64,000 nt of DNA. It comes from Gammaproteobacteria bacterium. Its GTDB lineage: Bacteria > Pseudomonadota > Gammaproteobacteria > Methylococcales > Methylomonadaceae. Location of the stretch: positions 495 through 64,494 of the forward strand of contig JAJRUF010000190.1 of NCBI GenBank assembly GCA_024277935.1, given 5' to 3'. Both the position numbers and the translations under genes were made by a program. This document shows positions 11,235-21,331 of the stretch, piece after piece. Position 1 is the first letter of the stretch; each line of letters opens with the position of its first letter. The notes under the pieces are model-generated. The model was given only the letters and a program-made list of their open reading frames with translations, was not told the DNA's origin and did not search any database.

Positions 11235-12709
11235 TAATATTCAGCTTTTTCTAATAATGCTTGTTCTACCACTAATTGATCACTAAATTTGTATTTAACA
11301 CCTTGTATATCCTGATAAGCTTCATGTCCTTTCCCCGCAATAACAATACAATCTCCTTCACTTGCCCTACTTATCACACTTTGTATTGCCTGTTCACGGT
11401 CTTGAATCACCTCGGCTTGCTTAGTAACAAAACCTGTCAAAATATCATTCACTATTTTTTCTGCCGCTTCCATTCTAGGGTTATCATCTGTAATAATTGC
11501 TTGATCCGCTAATCTTTCTGCAATAGCTCCCATTTCCGCTCGTTTACCTTGATCCCTATTACCACCGCAACCAAAAACAACATATATTTTTTGTCTACAA
11601 TATTTCCTTAATCCTGATAACACTTTTTCTAGTGCATCAGGGGTATGTGCATAATCAACAAATACAAATGGCTTATCGCCGCCGCCAAAGCGCTCCATTC
11701 TGCCTACAACAGGTAGCAAGTTATTTACTTTACTAGCGGCTAAGTCTAAAGAATACCCTTGAGCCAATAGCACCGTAATAACTGCCAATATATTGGCTAA
11801 ATTAAAGTCACCTACAATTTTGCTTTGGACTAATACTTTTTGACCTCGCCAACAAACAACAGCAGTAATTCCCTTTAGGCTAAATTTCACCTCAGCAACT
11901 GATATATTTTCTGCATTGTCAATTTCATTTCCTTTTACACTAAAAGCCCAGCACTGCACTTGGCTATGCGTCACTGCTAATACTTTTTGACTATTTTTAT
12001 CGTCAGCATTAACCACAGCAAACTGTAATTCAGATCGGCTAAATAATTTTAATTTTGCCTCTAAATAGGCCGCCATAGACCCGTGATAATCTAAATGATC
12101 TCGGCTTAAATTAGTAAATAGCGCACCTTTAAAATTAACCGCTTCTACTCTGCCCTGGTCTAAACCATGTGATGAAACTTCCATCAATACGGCCTGCTTT
12201 TTTAAAGTGACAAAATCTGCCAATACCTGCTGTACAGTTAAAGCATCGGGCGTAGTATTTTGCGTTTGCTTTAATTCTCCTTTCTCTCCCCAGCCCAATG
12301 TACCTATAACAGCACTTGCTGGTATTAACTGTAATAAAAACTGACTACAAGTGGTTTTACCATTTGTTCCTGTCACTCCAATCACATCAACTTTTTTAGA
12401 AGGTGACTGGTAAAACCTATCAGCAATACGACTTAATTTTGCCGTCAAATCTGTCACTTTTAGCTTGTAGCAACCTAACAATTCAGGTGAAAATGCCTCA
12501 CTTCCTTTTGCCTCATAGATAATGGCAAAAGCACCATTTTCTATTGCTTTATTGGCATAACCCAAGCCATGTTCAATAGCCCCTGCAATTGCTATAAAAA
12601 CAAACCCTTTCTTTACTTTCCTGCTATCAAGGACAATACCTCGAATATCCGTCATGTTTTTTTGTAATGAGCTATCAGTCAACCCATCCAATAAATCAGC
12701 AATAATCAT
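11234..12709 (-). CDS. murE: UDP-N-acetylmuramoyl-L-alanyl-D-glutamate--2,6-diaminopimelate ligase
   Basis: 491 aa. GVTGTNGKTT P-loop and a DNPR motif (ITDDNPRME) typical of meso-DAP-adding MurE. Confidence 0.9.
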   Translation of the reverse strand: MIIADLLDGLTDSSLQKNMTDIRGIVLDSRKVKKGFVFIAIAGAIEHGLGYANKAIENGAFAIIYEAKGSEAFSPELLGCYKLKVTDLTAKLSRIADRFYQSPSKKVDVIGVTGTNGKTTCSQFLLQLIPASAVIGTLGWGEKGELKQTQNTTPDALTVQQVLADFVTLKKQAVLMEVSSHGLDQGRVEAVNFKGALFTNLSRDHLDYHGSMAAYLEAKLKLFSRSELQFAVVNADDKNSQKVLAVTHSQVQCWAFSVKGNEIDNAENISVAEVKFSLKGITAVVCWRGQKVLVQSKIVGDFNLANILAVITVLLAQGYSLDLAASKVNNLLPVVGRMERFGGGDKPFVFVDYAHTPDALEKVLSGLRKYCRQKIYVVFGCGGNRDQGKRAEMGAIAERLADQAIITDDNPRMEAAEKIVNDILTGFVTKQAEVIQDREQAIQSVISRASEGDCIVIAGKGHEAYQDIQGVKYKFSDQLVVEQALLEKAEY

Positions 12710-14433
12710 TCGGCTTTAGTCAGTAATACCGGCATTGTGTCCTCCTTATCAGGTGCAACACCATAAATTCTTAGCGCTCCAGCCATAACCTTTGCAAATA
12801 TTGGAGCAGCCACCAAGCCACCATAATATTTCCCAGCACTTGGCTCATCTACCATGACTGCAATTACAAACCGTGGCTTACTGGCTGGAGCTAGACCTAC
12901 AAAAACAGCTAAATAACGATCATTAGCATAACCCCCTGCAATAGCCTTTTTTACCGTACCCGTTTTCCCTGCAACTCGGTAGCCATCAACTCTTGCTTGA
13001 TAAGCCGTCCCACCTCTTTCAATCACATGCTCCAGCATTTCGGTTACTTTTTTTGCGGTATCCTTTGAAAACACACGTTTTGCATCATAATCCACCTCTC
13101 GCTTTAATAAGCTAACAGAGTGCAAGACACCATTGTCTGCCAAAGCCGTAAAAGCCCTTGCCAGTTGTAACACCGACATTGAAACACCATACCCATACGA
13201 CAAAGTCGCATGCTCAAAATCATTCCACCGCTGAAAGTCAAGTAGTGAACCACTTGTCTCTCCTGGAAAACCAGCATTAGCAGATACCCCAAAACCTAAC
13301 TGGTTATAACTGTTCCAAAAATATTCTCTCGGCATACTTAGCGCAATCTTACTTGCCGCAATATTGCTGGATTTTTTCAACACATGCATCAAATCCAAAG
13401 TGCCATAGTTATGCACATCCTTAACTAAATTACGCCCCACGCGATAAAAACCATGCGTTTCTATCTTAATATTTTCATCAATAAAACCACCGTCCAAGGC
13501 AGCAGCAATAACAAAAGGCTTTATTGTTGAACCGGGTTCAAAAGCATCCAGTAAGGCACGGTTACGCACCGCATTAGCCTTTAACCCTTTTCTTGTATTG
13601 GGATTAAAAGCCGGCTGATTAGCTACTGCTAATATTTCACCATTTTTTGCATCTAAAACAACTAAAGCCGCAGATAAAGCCTTATTCTTTATAAACCCTT
13701 CTTGCAAAGCTTTAAAAGCAATATATTGAATTCTTTGGTCAACACTTAAAACAAGATCCTTTCCTGAAATAGGATCTTGGATATTTTCTACATCTTTAAT
13801 AACGCGTCGTCGACCATCCCTTATCACTCTTTTTTTACCCGGTATTCCTTTTAAACTTTGTTCGTAGCCCCGTTCCATTCCTTCTTGGCCAATATCATCG
13901 ACATTAGTAAACCCAACCACATGAGCAGAAACAGCCCCAGCGGGGTAAAAGCGTTTAAACTCCCTTTCAAAATAAACACCACTTATCTGCAATGCTTTTA
14001 TTTTTGCCGCTAATAATGGATTAATCCGCCTTTTTAAATAACTAAACCGCGTTTTAACCCCTGGTTTTAATAAAGCATTCACTTTTTTAGTGGGCACTTT
14101 AAGTAACTTTGCCGCTTGTTTAAACTTGCTCTCTTCGTTTTCTTTAAAAAATTTGGGGTTAACCCAAACAGATTCAACCGGGGTACTAATCGCTAAAGGC
14201 TCATTGTTTCTATCTACAATCTTACCTCTATAGGCTGGGACAGATACCACCCCAACATGCCTTATATCTCCTTGTTTTTGTAAGAACTGCTTATCTATAA
14301 CTTGCAAAAAAACAGCTCGCCCGACCAACACGGCCATTCCAAGCAACATGACGGCTAATAATAACTTTTGTCTAATCTCAAACTTATTTGCCTTATTAAC
14401 AGGGGCTGTTGATATATGCTTCGTCCCAATCAT
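12706..14433 (-). CDS. ftsI: Peptidoglycan D,D-transpeptidase FtsI (PBP3)
   Basis: 575 aa. N-terminal TM segment, then the transpeptidase motifs STIKP, SSN and KTGT. Confidence 0.9.
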   Translation of the reverse strand: MIGTKHISTAPVNKANKFEIRQKLLLAVMLLGMAVLVGRAVFLQVIDKQFLQKQGDIRHVGVVSVPAYRGKIVDRNNEPLAISTPVESVWVNPKFFKENEESKFKQAAKLLKVPTKKVNALLKPGVKTRFSYLKRRINPLLAAKIKALQISGVYFEREFKRFYPAGAVSAHVVGFTNVDDIGQEGMERGYEQSLKGIPGKKRVIRDGRRRVIKDVENIQDPISGKDLVLSVDQRIQYIAFKALQEGFIKNKALSAALVVLDAKNGEILAVANQPAFNPNTRKGLKANAVRNRALLDAFEPGSTIKPFVIAAALDGGFIDENIKIETHGFYRVGRNLVKDVHNYGTLDLMHVLKKSSNIAASKIALSMPREYFWNSYNQLGFGVSANAGFPGETSGSLLDFQRWNDFEHATLSYGYGVSMSVLQLARAFTALADNGVLHSVSLLKREVDYDAKRVFSKDTAKKVTEMLEHVIERGGTAYQARVDGYRVAGKTGTVKKAIAGGYANDRYLAVFVGLAPASKPRFVIAVMVDEPSAGKYYGGLVAAPIFAKVMAGALRIYGVAPDKEDTMPVLLTKAE

Positions 14434-14435
14434 TA

Positions 14436-14708
14436 TTAAGGTTTAAGATAAATAATTTTTCCACGCTCAGGCATTTTTAATTTTAATTTTCGAGCCGCTA
14501 CACGCTCCACTCTATTCTCTTCTGTTAAGGTTGTAAGCTCCAACTGCAACTGTCCCCACTCAACCTCATACTTATCTAAACTAGATTCTTGTACTTGTAT
14601 CGCTATAAAAACCAGTCTTGACTGGTACTTACTAGCAATCACAGCCAAAGCGGATACCAGCAAAACTAAAAGCAAGCTTGCAATTAAAGAGATATGAGAA
14701 AATGACAT
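14436..14708 (-). CDS. ftsL: Cell division protein FtsL
   Basis: 90 aa with one TM segment plus a coiled-coil region, between rsmH and ftsI. Confidence 0.7.
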   Translation of the reverse strand: MSFSHISLIASLLLVLLVSALAVIASKYQSRLVFIAIQVQESSLDKYEVEWGQLQLELTTLTEENRVERVAARKLKLKMPERGKIIYLKP

Positions 14709-14711
14709 TTG

Positions 14712-15638
14712 CTAAATTCTTTCAGCGACTCGCATAACTGCACTTCGCGCTCTTGGGTTTTGCATTAACTCTATTTTCCCTGCTTTAATGGCCTTACCTA
14801 CTTTTTTTAGTGCTCCTTGTTCAATATCAATTTCTTTAACAGGTAATCTACCTGGATTAAACTTTCTCCCAGACTCATTTCTGATAAATCGTTTTACAAT
14901 ACGATCCTCTAATGAGTGAAAGGAAATAACCACCATTCGACCACTAGGAGCCAATATATTTACTACCTGCTGAAGGCTATTTTTAATTTCTTCCAACTCA
15001 TTATTTATTTCAATTCTTATTGCTTGAAAGCTACGTGTTGCAGGGTGCTTATGCTTCTCTCGTCTAGGCACTACACTCTCAATCAATTTTGCCAGATCCA
15101 AAGTAGTTAAGATTGGCGTTTCACCTCGCCGCTCAATTACCGCACCGGCAATGCGTCTAGCAAAACGTTCTTCACCATATTCAAATAACACTTTAACCAA
15201 ATCTTTTTCTTTAACCTGTTGCAACCACTCAGCAGCGGATAACCCCGCCGTATCATTCATCCGCATATCTAAAGGACCTTCTTTCATAAAGCTAAAACCT
15301 CTTGAAGAGTCATCTAGCTGTGGAGAAGAAACCCCTAAATCCATTAACACACCATCAATCTTTCCAAACCAGCCATATTGCTTAACAACACTTTCCAATT
15401 CAGAAAAACAGCCGTGGTGTAAAGAAAACCGTGGGTCTTTACGCATTTCATCTGCATAAACTGAATTAATAGCGGCTAAATCACGGTCAAAGGCTAATAA
15501 TCGCCCATCTTCACCTAATTGCTTCAACACCCCTCGGCTATGCCCACCACGCCCAAAAGTACAGTCGATATAAAGACCATTAGGCTTTATATTTAAAGCT
15601 TGTAATGACTCCTCAAATAAAACAGATAAATGCTGCAT
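14712..15638 (-). CDS. rsmH: 16S rRNA (cytosine1402-N4)-methyltransferase
   Basis: 308 aa. HxSVL, DCTFGRGGHS, DLGVSSPQLD motifs. Confidence 0.95.
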   Translation of the reverse strand: MQHLSVLFEESLQALNIKPNGLYIDCTFGRGGHSRGVLKQLGEDGRLLAFDRDLAAINSVYADEMRKDPRFSLHHGCFSELESVVKQYGWFGKIDGVLMDLGVSSPQLDDSSRGFSFMKEGPLDMRMNDTAGLSAAEWLQQVKEKDLVKVLFEYGEERFARRIAGAVIERRGETPILTTLDLAKLIESVVPRREKHKHPATRSFQAIRIEINNELEEIKNSLQQVVNILAPSGRMVVISFHSLEDRIVKRFIRNESGRKFNPGRLPVKEIDIEQGALKKVGKAIKAGKIELMQNPRARSAVMRVAERI

Positions 15639-16111
15639 TAAAAAGATAAGGCGCTAAGCTCTTCAAGGTCAGAGGCAGAAACATCATCCGCTTTCATTAA
15701 TTCACTCTCTTTCTCACCCCAGGCAGGTGCACTCCAAACTTCAAATTTATTTAACTGACCCACTAAAACGATATGCTTTTCCATTCCAGCAAAGGTTCTT
15801 AATTTTTCAGGTAATAATAATCTTCCTTGAGCATCCATATCACACTCCGTAGCGTTGCCAATTAAAAACCGCCGTAGTCTTCCTGCCATTTTATTTAAAG
15901 CGGGCAATTTACTAATGGTTAGTTCTAACTTTTCCCATTCAGGTAAAGGGTATAACCAAAGACAGCCTGCTTCGCCCACACATCGTTCATCCATTGCGAT
16001 TGTTACTATCATTTGACGCTCGCAACTTTCCTGTAACTCCGCCCGATAACGAGTAGGAATTGCAATACGCCCCTTAACATCAAGATTGATAGTACTTACA
16101 CCACGAAACAC
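15638..16111 (-). CDS. mraZ: Transcriptional regulator MraZ
   Basis: 157 aa, GTG start, MFRG... N-terminus, duplicated SpoVT-AbrB halves (KGRIAIP / QGRLLLP). It is the first gene of the dcw operon. Confidence 0.95.
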   Translation of the reverse strand: MFRGVSTINLDVKGRIAIPTRYRAELQESCERQMIVTIAMDERCVGEAGCLWLYPLPEWEKLELTISKLPALNKMAGRLRRFLIGNATECDMDAQGRLLLPEKLRTFAGMEKHIVLVGQLNKFEVWSAPAWGEKESELMKADDVSASDLEELSALSF

Positions 16112-16137
16112 AAATCACCCACAATTAAACAAAAAAA

Positions 16138-16162
16138 TCCCTTTTCCACCACTTTTCGCCAC
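16138..16162 (-). promoter_or_regulatory. Candidate MraZ operator: three pentamers spaced 10 bp apart
   Basis: The minus strand reads GTGGC-gaaaa-GTGGT-ggaaa-AGGGA, 27-51 nt upstream of the mraZ start. A further GTGGG lies at 16118-16122, in phase with the others. Confidence 0.45.
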
Positions 16163-16700
16163 TTATCAACAACTATAGATTTCTATTTATAGTCAGTCAA
16201 GACCGATTCGCATTTAAATCTTTGTTTTTTTACAATGCCTTAGCTCTATTTTTTAGCAACGCTTTATTAAGGCAATTTTTTTCAAAAAAAACTAATTCTT
16301 TATCATAAGGTTAGTAGCACAATCTAATTTTTTACATAAGAACGTTAGGTGTTTATCAGTAAGCAATAAAAACAATACCTAAAAAGGAGATTTAAACTTT
16401 TTAACCGCACTATTTACCAAGAATTTAACAAAAGTAATAATCCTCTGAATAACAAACAAAAAAATAGAAAAAATTAAGGCGTAAAAAGACAATTAGGAAA
16501 GAGTACACAGAAAAAATTTATGGGGGGGCTTCAGTAGCTAACAGATAATAGCTACTGTTTCTACAGACTTTAAACCAAGGGGTGCAGATCAAAAGTCGAT
16601 AAATAAGAGCAAAAGAAAAATTTAATTATTCACCAAAAACAGGTGGATTGAAAAAGTACAAAAAGATTTTACTTGATTTAGCTTAGAAAAAGATAAAAAA

Positions 16701-17063
16701 GAGTTGGCCTATAAGCCGGGTTCTGTCGAGAACAGCCATTCATCTAGGCCGCTAGTCACCTAACGGCTCAAGCAATCTACCCAGAGGCCGCGCGGGCCAC
16801 GCGTCTGCCTCTCTATTTGATCTTGCTCCAGGTGGGGTTTACCCTGCCACTGCTGTTACCAGCTAGCGCGGTGCGCTCTTACCGCACCATTTCACCCTTA
16901 CCCAGCCCCTGAAACTAGATTTCAGGGGCTGGGCGGTATATTTTCTGCGGCACTTTCCATAGGCTTACGCCTTCCAGGCGTTACCTGGCACCTTGCCCAG
17001 TGGAGCCCGGACTTTCCTCCGCTTTATTTTGCAATAAAACAGCGACTGCTCAGCCAACTCTTG
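16701..17063 (-). ncRNA. rnpB: RNase P RNA, bacterial type A
   Basis: The minus strand contains GGAGGAAAGTCCGGGCTCC (CR-I), GGTGCCAGGTAACGCCTGG, AGTGCCGCAGAAAATATACCGCC and ACAGAACCCGGCTTA (CR-V). The termini AGAGTTGGC / GCCAACTC form P1. Confidence 0.93.
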
Positions 17064-17351
17064 TCTGTATTGTACCGCAAATAAGCCTGTTAATGATTAA
17101 TAAATCTGCAAAATAATAGCCTCTGTCTATACTTTAAGCTTAAACTCATCACCTAATAGTATTAAGCTAAAATCAACAAATATAGCTGAGGAACTTTCTA
17201 AAAAAGTCCCAGAATCACCACTTTAGATAAAAAGAACACTGAAAAATTGAGTAAAGACAACAAGGTATAACAAGATAGGTGGCTTTAAGCATCCATTATT
17301 TTTAATAAAATAACCTTGGCTTTTATTATACAAATTCAGGAATGACCATTT

Positions 17352-18557
17352 ATGGAATTATCAAAAAAACTAAATCAGTGGCAGAATGCGTAACTTATTG
17401 ACGGTGTTACTGCCGATAAAATTATTGAATTTGAAAAGCAACAATCAAAGCCTATTGCTCTCTGGGCATTTGGAGGTTTAGGTGCTTTTGCCATTATTTT
17501 AGGATTAGTGTCCGTTGTGGCTTCTAATTGGATGCAAACACCCAACTGGATAAAATTAACAGTCGACTTAATTTTATGTCTTGTTATCGCGTTAACTTTG
17601 TATCGTGTTATTTTACAAGAAAATCCCAGTGCTCGCAGTCAATGGTTACAGGAAGTATTAGTTATTTTTTATTATGGTTTTACGCTGGCCTCGATGGCAC
17701 TTATTGGCCAAACCTATCAACTGGGTGGTAGCATCGCCAAATTGCTGTTGGTGTGGACGCTGGTGACTCTGCCCATTGTATTATTAGGCCGAGGGAAATT
17801 TCTTTCCACTTTATGGATTATAGGTACAATTATCACGTATACATTTAATCTAGAAGTCATCAGCAACTTTATAGCAACATTGACTTATCAACGTTATATA
17901 TGGGAGTCTTTAGTTAGTGCCTTATATACCCTAACACCTTTCTTTTTTATATTGCTATCTCGCATTCCTTGGTTAATAAAAAACCGTCCAGTGATGGCAG
18001 GTGAACTTTCACGCTGTAGCTGGTTGGCTATCATTATTGGTGGCTGGTTTTGTCAATTTATGTGGTATGAGCACATTTTTGGTTCAGCGCAAGAAACAAA
18101 ATTGCTACAGCTCTTTCTAATTATTTGTTTTTTTGCCACTATGGTAATGCTAATATTTATTCCCAAGCTTTATCCCTCCCGAACAAAAAAGACTCAACTA
18201 GCAATGCGTATTGTATTAATTGCCACCTTCACCATCGGTGCTAGCGCATTGTGGCATGAGCACTCTTACCCTTTGATAGGTGCATTGAGTAATGTTGCTT
18301 ATATGATTGTTTTGACATGGGCAGCCCTTCAAACACATTCCATCAGGCTATTTAATATGATGACCGCACTCATCTGTATACGCCTGCTTTTCATTTACTT
18401 CGAAGTCTTTGGCTCAATGTTAGAAACCGGCATTGGCTTAGTGGTTGGTGGCGTTATAACACTCCTAGTCGTTTGGGGCTGGTTTAAAAAGGCAGGCTTA
18501 TTAGCTCAGTATTTTGGGCTTTCTCAACAAGATAAAGTAATGCGAGATACAAAATGA
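17352..18557 (+). CDS. Polytopic membrane protein (DUF2157-like) with an in-frame TAA at 17391-17393
   Basis: The listed ORF 17508..18557 starts at GTG. The same frame is open back to ATG 17352, which has an AGGA RBS (MELSKKLNQWQNA*LIDGVTADKIIEFEKQQ...), except for one TAA. Confidence 0.55.
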
Positions 18558-19057
18558 GTAATAAAAAACTGTTACTGATTGTTATGCTCCCTTTTGTTTT
18601 ATTATGTTTGCTAATTGTACGTGCCGAATTCCATTTAAGCAGAGGGACGCAATGGGACTTTGCTATTACCGGCTATGATCCTCGTGATTTATTGCGTGGA
18701 CACTATTTACGTTTTAAACTGGCCTATGACTGGAAAACACCACGGAATAAATGCAGTAGCAAACAAAACTGTTCCTTTTGTTTAACCGAGGTCGGCAAGC
18801 AAGCCCCTATAGTACAGAAGATTGACACCCCTCTCGCCAAACAATGTGATGGTTTTATGCAATATGATGATCATCAAGAGCTATTAAATCGGTTTTATAT
18901 TGCTGAAAATAAAGCTAAATTAGCAGAGGGTTTATTGCGCCAAGCGAGGCTAGATGATACCGCTTATTTAAGAGTCTCTATCAATAAAGAAGGTACACCT
19001 CACATTGTTGATTTGCTTATTGATGGACAATCATTAAAGACGCTACTATCGAGGTAA
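18554..19057 (+). CDS. GDYXXLXY-domain membrane-anchored protein
   Basis: 167 aa with an N-terminal TM segment. The motif DPRDLLRGHYLRFKL matches the DPRDLxRGDYxxLxY signature with a D-to-H change. Its start overlaps the stop of the upstream membrane-protein gene. Confidence 0.6.
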   Translation: MSNKKLLLIVMLPFVLLCLLIVRAEFHLSRGTQWDFAITGYDPRDLLRGHYLRFKLAYDWKTPRNKCSSKQNCSFCLTEVGKQAPIVQKIDTPLAKQCDGFMQYDDHQELLNRFYIAENKAKLAEGLLRQARLDDTAYLRVSINKEGTPHIVDLLIDGQSLKTLLSR

Positions 19058-19117
19058 CAACCTGACACCAGCAAAGTGATAGACCGGCTTACTCATCGAA
19101 AAGCCGCCTTTTTTCTG

Positions 19118-19765
19118 CTAATGCTTCAAAACCCCCAATAAAATGGCTATATGTGCTATTTCAGCAATACTGGATACTTGTAACTTTTTCTTAATCTGGG
19201 TGATATAGTTTGCTACTGTTTTATACCCTAAGCACAATTCCACAGCTATTTTATGTGCCGTTAAACCCTTTGCCAACAACCGAAATATATCAAATTCTCT
19301 CGCTGAAAAAGTTTGAATAATCGACTGAAAATCATACTGATCCAAAGCTTCGTCAGTATTTTTTTTAAGTAAGCCATCCTCAACATAAGCGTGTCCGTTA
19401 TAAATAGCTTCTATGGTCTCGGGTAATATTTCAGGTGCGCTATTTTTAGTAATGTACCCGTTTGCACCTGCATTTAGAGCTCTATTCACATAGACCTTTT
19501 CATCATGTACACTAAAGACCAAAATTTTTACATTTTTATACCGAAAAACCAAGCGCTTGATCACTTCTAAGCCTCCGATGCCCGGCATAGATAAATCTAG
19601 CACAACAACATCTGGCAAGCAGGACGGATAAAGCTGAATAGCTTGCTCCCCACTCTCGGCTTCTGCTACCACTTCAATATTAGGTGAAGTGGTCAATAAT
19701 AACTTAAAACCAGCTCTTACCACCGCATGGTCATCGACTAACAAAACTTTAATTTTACATTTCAT
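19118..19765 (-). CDS. Response regulator, NarL/LuxR family
   Basis: 215 aa. REC domain (VLLVDDH, phospho-acceptor DVVVLDLSMPG) plus a C-terminal LuxR-type HTH. Confidence 0.85.
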   Translation of the reverse strand: MKCKIKVLLVDDHAVVRAGFKLLLTTSPNIEVVAEAESGEQAIQLYPSCLPDVVVLDLSMPGIGGLEVIKRLVFRYKNVKILVFSVHDEKVYVNRALNAGANGYITKNSAPEILPETIEAIYNGHAYVEDGLLKKNTDEALDQYDFQSIIQTFSAREFDIFRLLAKGLTAHKIAVELCLGYKTVANYITQIKKKLQVSSIAEIAHIAILLGVLKH

Positions 19766-21153
19766 ACCAAGGGAATTTCTGCCTTAATTTGCATACCTTT
19801 GTTAACTTCTGTATGTATTTTAAAATGCCCGTCTAATAATTTCACTCTTTCTTCCATCCCCAACAGACCAAACCCGGAGCTTAACTGATCATAATTACAG
19901 CCTACCCCATTATCAGTAACAGTCAAAACTAATCTATCTGGGCTTGGTTTGATTTGAAGGCTGACAGTAACCTGACTGGCTTGTGCATGGCGAATGCTAT
20001 TCGTTAGGCTTTCTTGTATAACCCGAAAAATTTGTATCACAATGGTTTGCTCTATATAGTCAACTGCATCATCATAATGCAGAATAAATACGGTTGATAC
20101 ACTTCGCTCTTCCCAGTGCTGAAGCAGGTCTTCTAACGTAGCTTTTAAGCCTAGCTCTGTCAGTATTAAAGGGTGTAACTGCTTCATCATTGAGCGAACA
20201 ACCGTTACTAAGTGGTCACAAATTTCGATAATAGATGTAGTGATTTGTTGGGTATTGGCTTTTTCATGAGCGGCTGTCACAGCCATTACCTTGATGGCTG
20301 TTAAAGATTGGCCAAACTCATCATGTAATTCTTGAGATAAGAGCCGCCTTTCTTCTTCTTGAATTTCCAATGAATGCTGAGTCAATGCACGGTTTTTCTT
20401 TTTAGTTTTATCCAGCACATCAGTCATATGGTTAATGGCTTTAGCTATCTCATCATATTCTCGGGTTGAAAACCCCATTAGCTTGTTCTGGTAGTCTCCC
20501 GTCTCAATAGCTTTTAGGTGTTCTACAATTGAATGAATGGATTTTATCGTTTTATTAAACACGGCTTGCACTGACAGAAAGGTCAAGAGAACAAGAACGA
20601 CCAAAGAGCTAAAAAATGCAATACTTTCTTGCCAAGCTTCGGAAATTTCATCCATGGGGTTAGCTTGAATAATCAGTTTTAATGGTAAACCATTGCGTAC
20701 TTCAATGGGGTATTCTATTTTGGGGTACTCTCCTTTGACTAAATTGATAAACCAGTCAGGTGGCGTTTCATCTATCTTACTTACTAAGTGGTGAGTAGGA
20801 ATATTCACTATCTCACCTGTCGACGTTCTTAGTTGAATTTTTAGATGTCTTGTCTGCTTCAAATGGCTCAATCGAAACAACCAATCAGTCTGGTGGGTTT
20901 TATTGGATTCCATTCCAATTTTAATTAACTGCAGAACTAAACTAATAGAGGAATCAACCTCATTATTGACTGATTCCCGTGCCTGCCAAATACCAATAGA
21001 ACCACCTAAAAGAAAAATAGATAATGAAATCAATAAAATCCTGATACTAATTTGATAACGTAAGCTCATTGGGAATGATTTCCTTATTTTGGGGGCTATT
21101 CCAGTCATACACTGAAAGATGCTATCTTGACACACCCATATAAATTTATACAA
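19762..21153 (-). CDS. Sensor histidine kinase (HAMP, HisKA_3, HATPase)
   Basis: H-box ELHDEFGQSLTAIK, N-box SLTNSIRHA, G-box DNGVG. The likely start is the internal MSLRYQISI at about 21069. The stop overlaps the regulator gene's start. Confidence 0.8.
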   Translation of the reverse strand: MYKFIWVCQDSIFQCMTGIAPKIRKSFPMSLRYQISIRILLISLSIFLLGGSIGIWQARESVNNEVDSSISLVLQLIKIGMESNKTHQTDWLFRLSHLKQTRHLKIQLRTSTGEIVNIPTHHLVSKIDETPPDWFINLVKGEYPKIEYPIEVRNGLPLKLIIQANPMDEISEAWQESIAFFSSLVVLVLLTFLSVQAVFNKTIKSIHSIVEHLKAIETGDYQNKLMGFSTREYDEIAKAINHMTDVLDKTKKKNRALTQHSLEIQEEERRLLSQELHDEFGQSLTAIKVMAVTAAHEKANTQQITTSIIEICDHLVTVVRSMMKQLHPLILTELGLKATLEDLLQHWEERSVSTVFILHYDDAVDYIEQTIVIQIFRVIQESLTNSIRHAQASQVTVSLQIKPSPDRLVLTVTDNGVGCNYDQLSSGFGLLGMEERVKLLDGHFKIHTEVNKGMQIKAEIPLV

Positions 21154-21331
21154 GGCTTACCATAAAGCGAATTTTAGCCACACTGTATTGTTAATAAGGG
21201 CGCTAAAAAGACAAGAGAGAGGTAGGTATATTATTTATTACTGCCCTCTTACAGGTAACTTGTTATCTTCTTAATTGAATGACATTAACTACCCATGGGG
21301 CCGGTCGTGCGTAGTATTAAGTTAACAAACT

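Noticed and set aside
16112-16700. The 590-bp AT-rich gap between mraZ and rnpB as a possible additional sRNA or small gene.
   Set aside because: Only a G7 tract and one short hairpin (CAGTAGCTA...TAGCTACTG) stand out. There is no ORF with an RBS and no recognisable RNA motif. It is most simply the dcw promoter region plus the rnpB terminator region.
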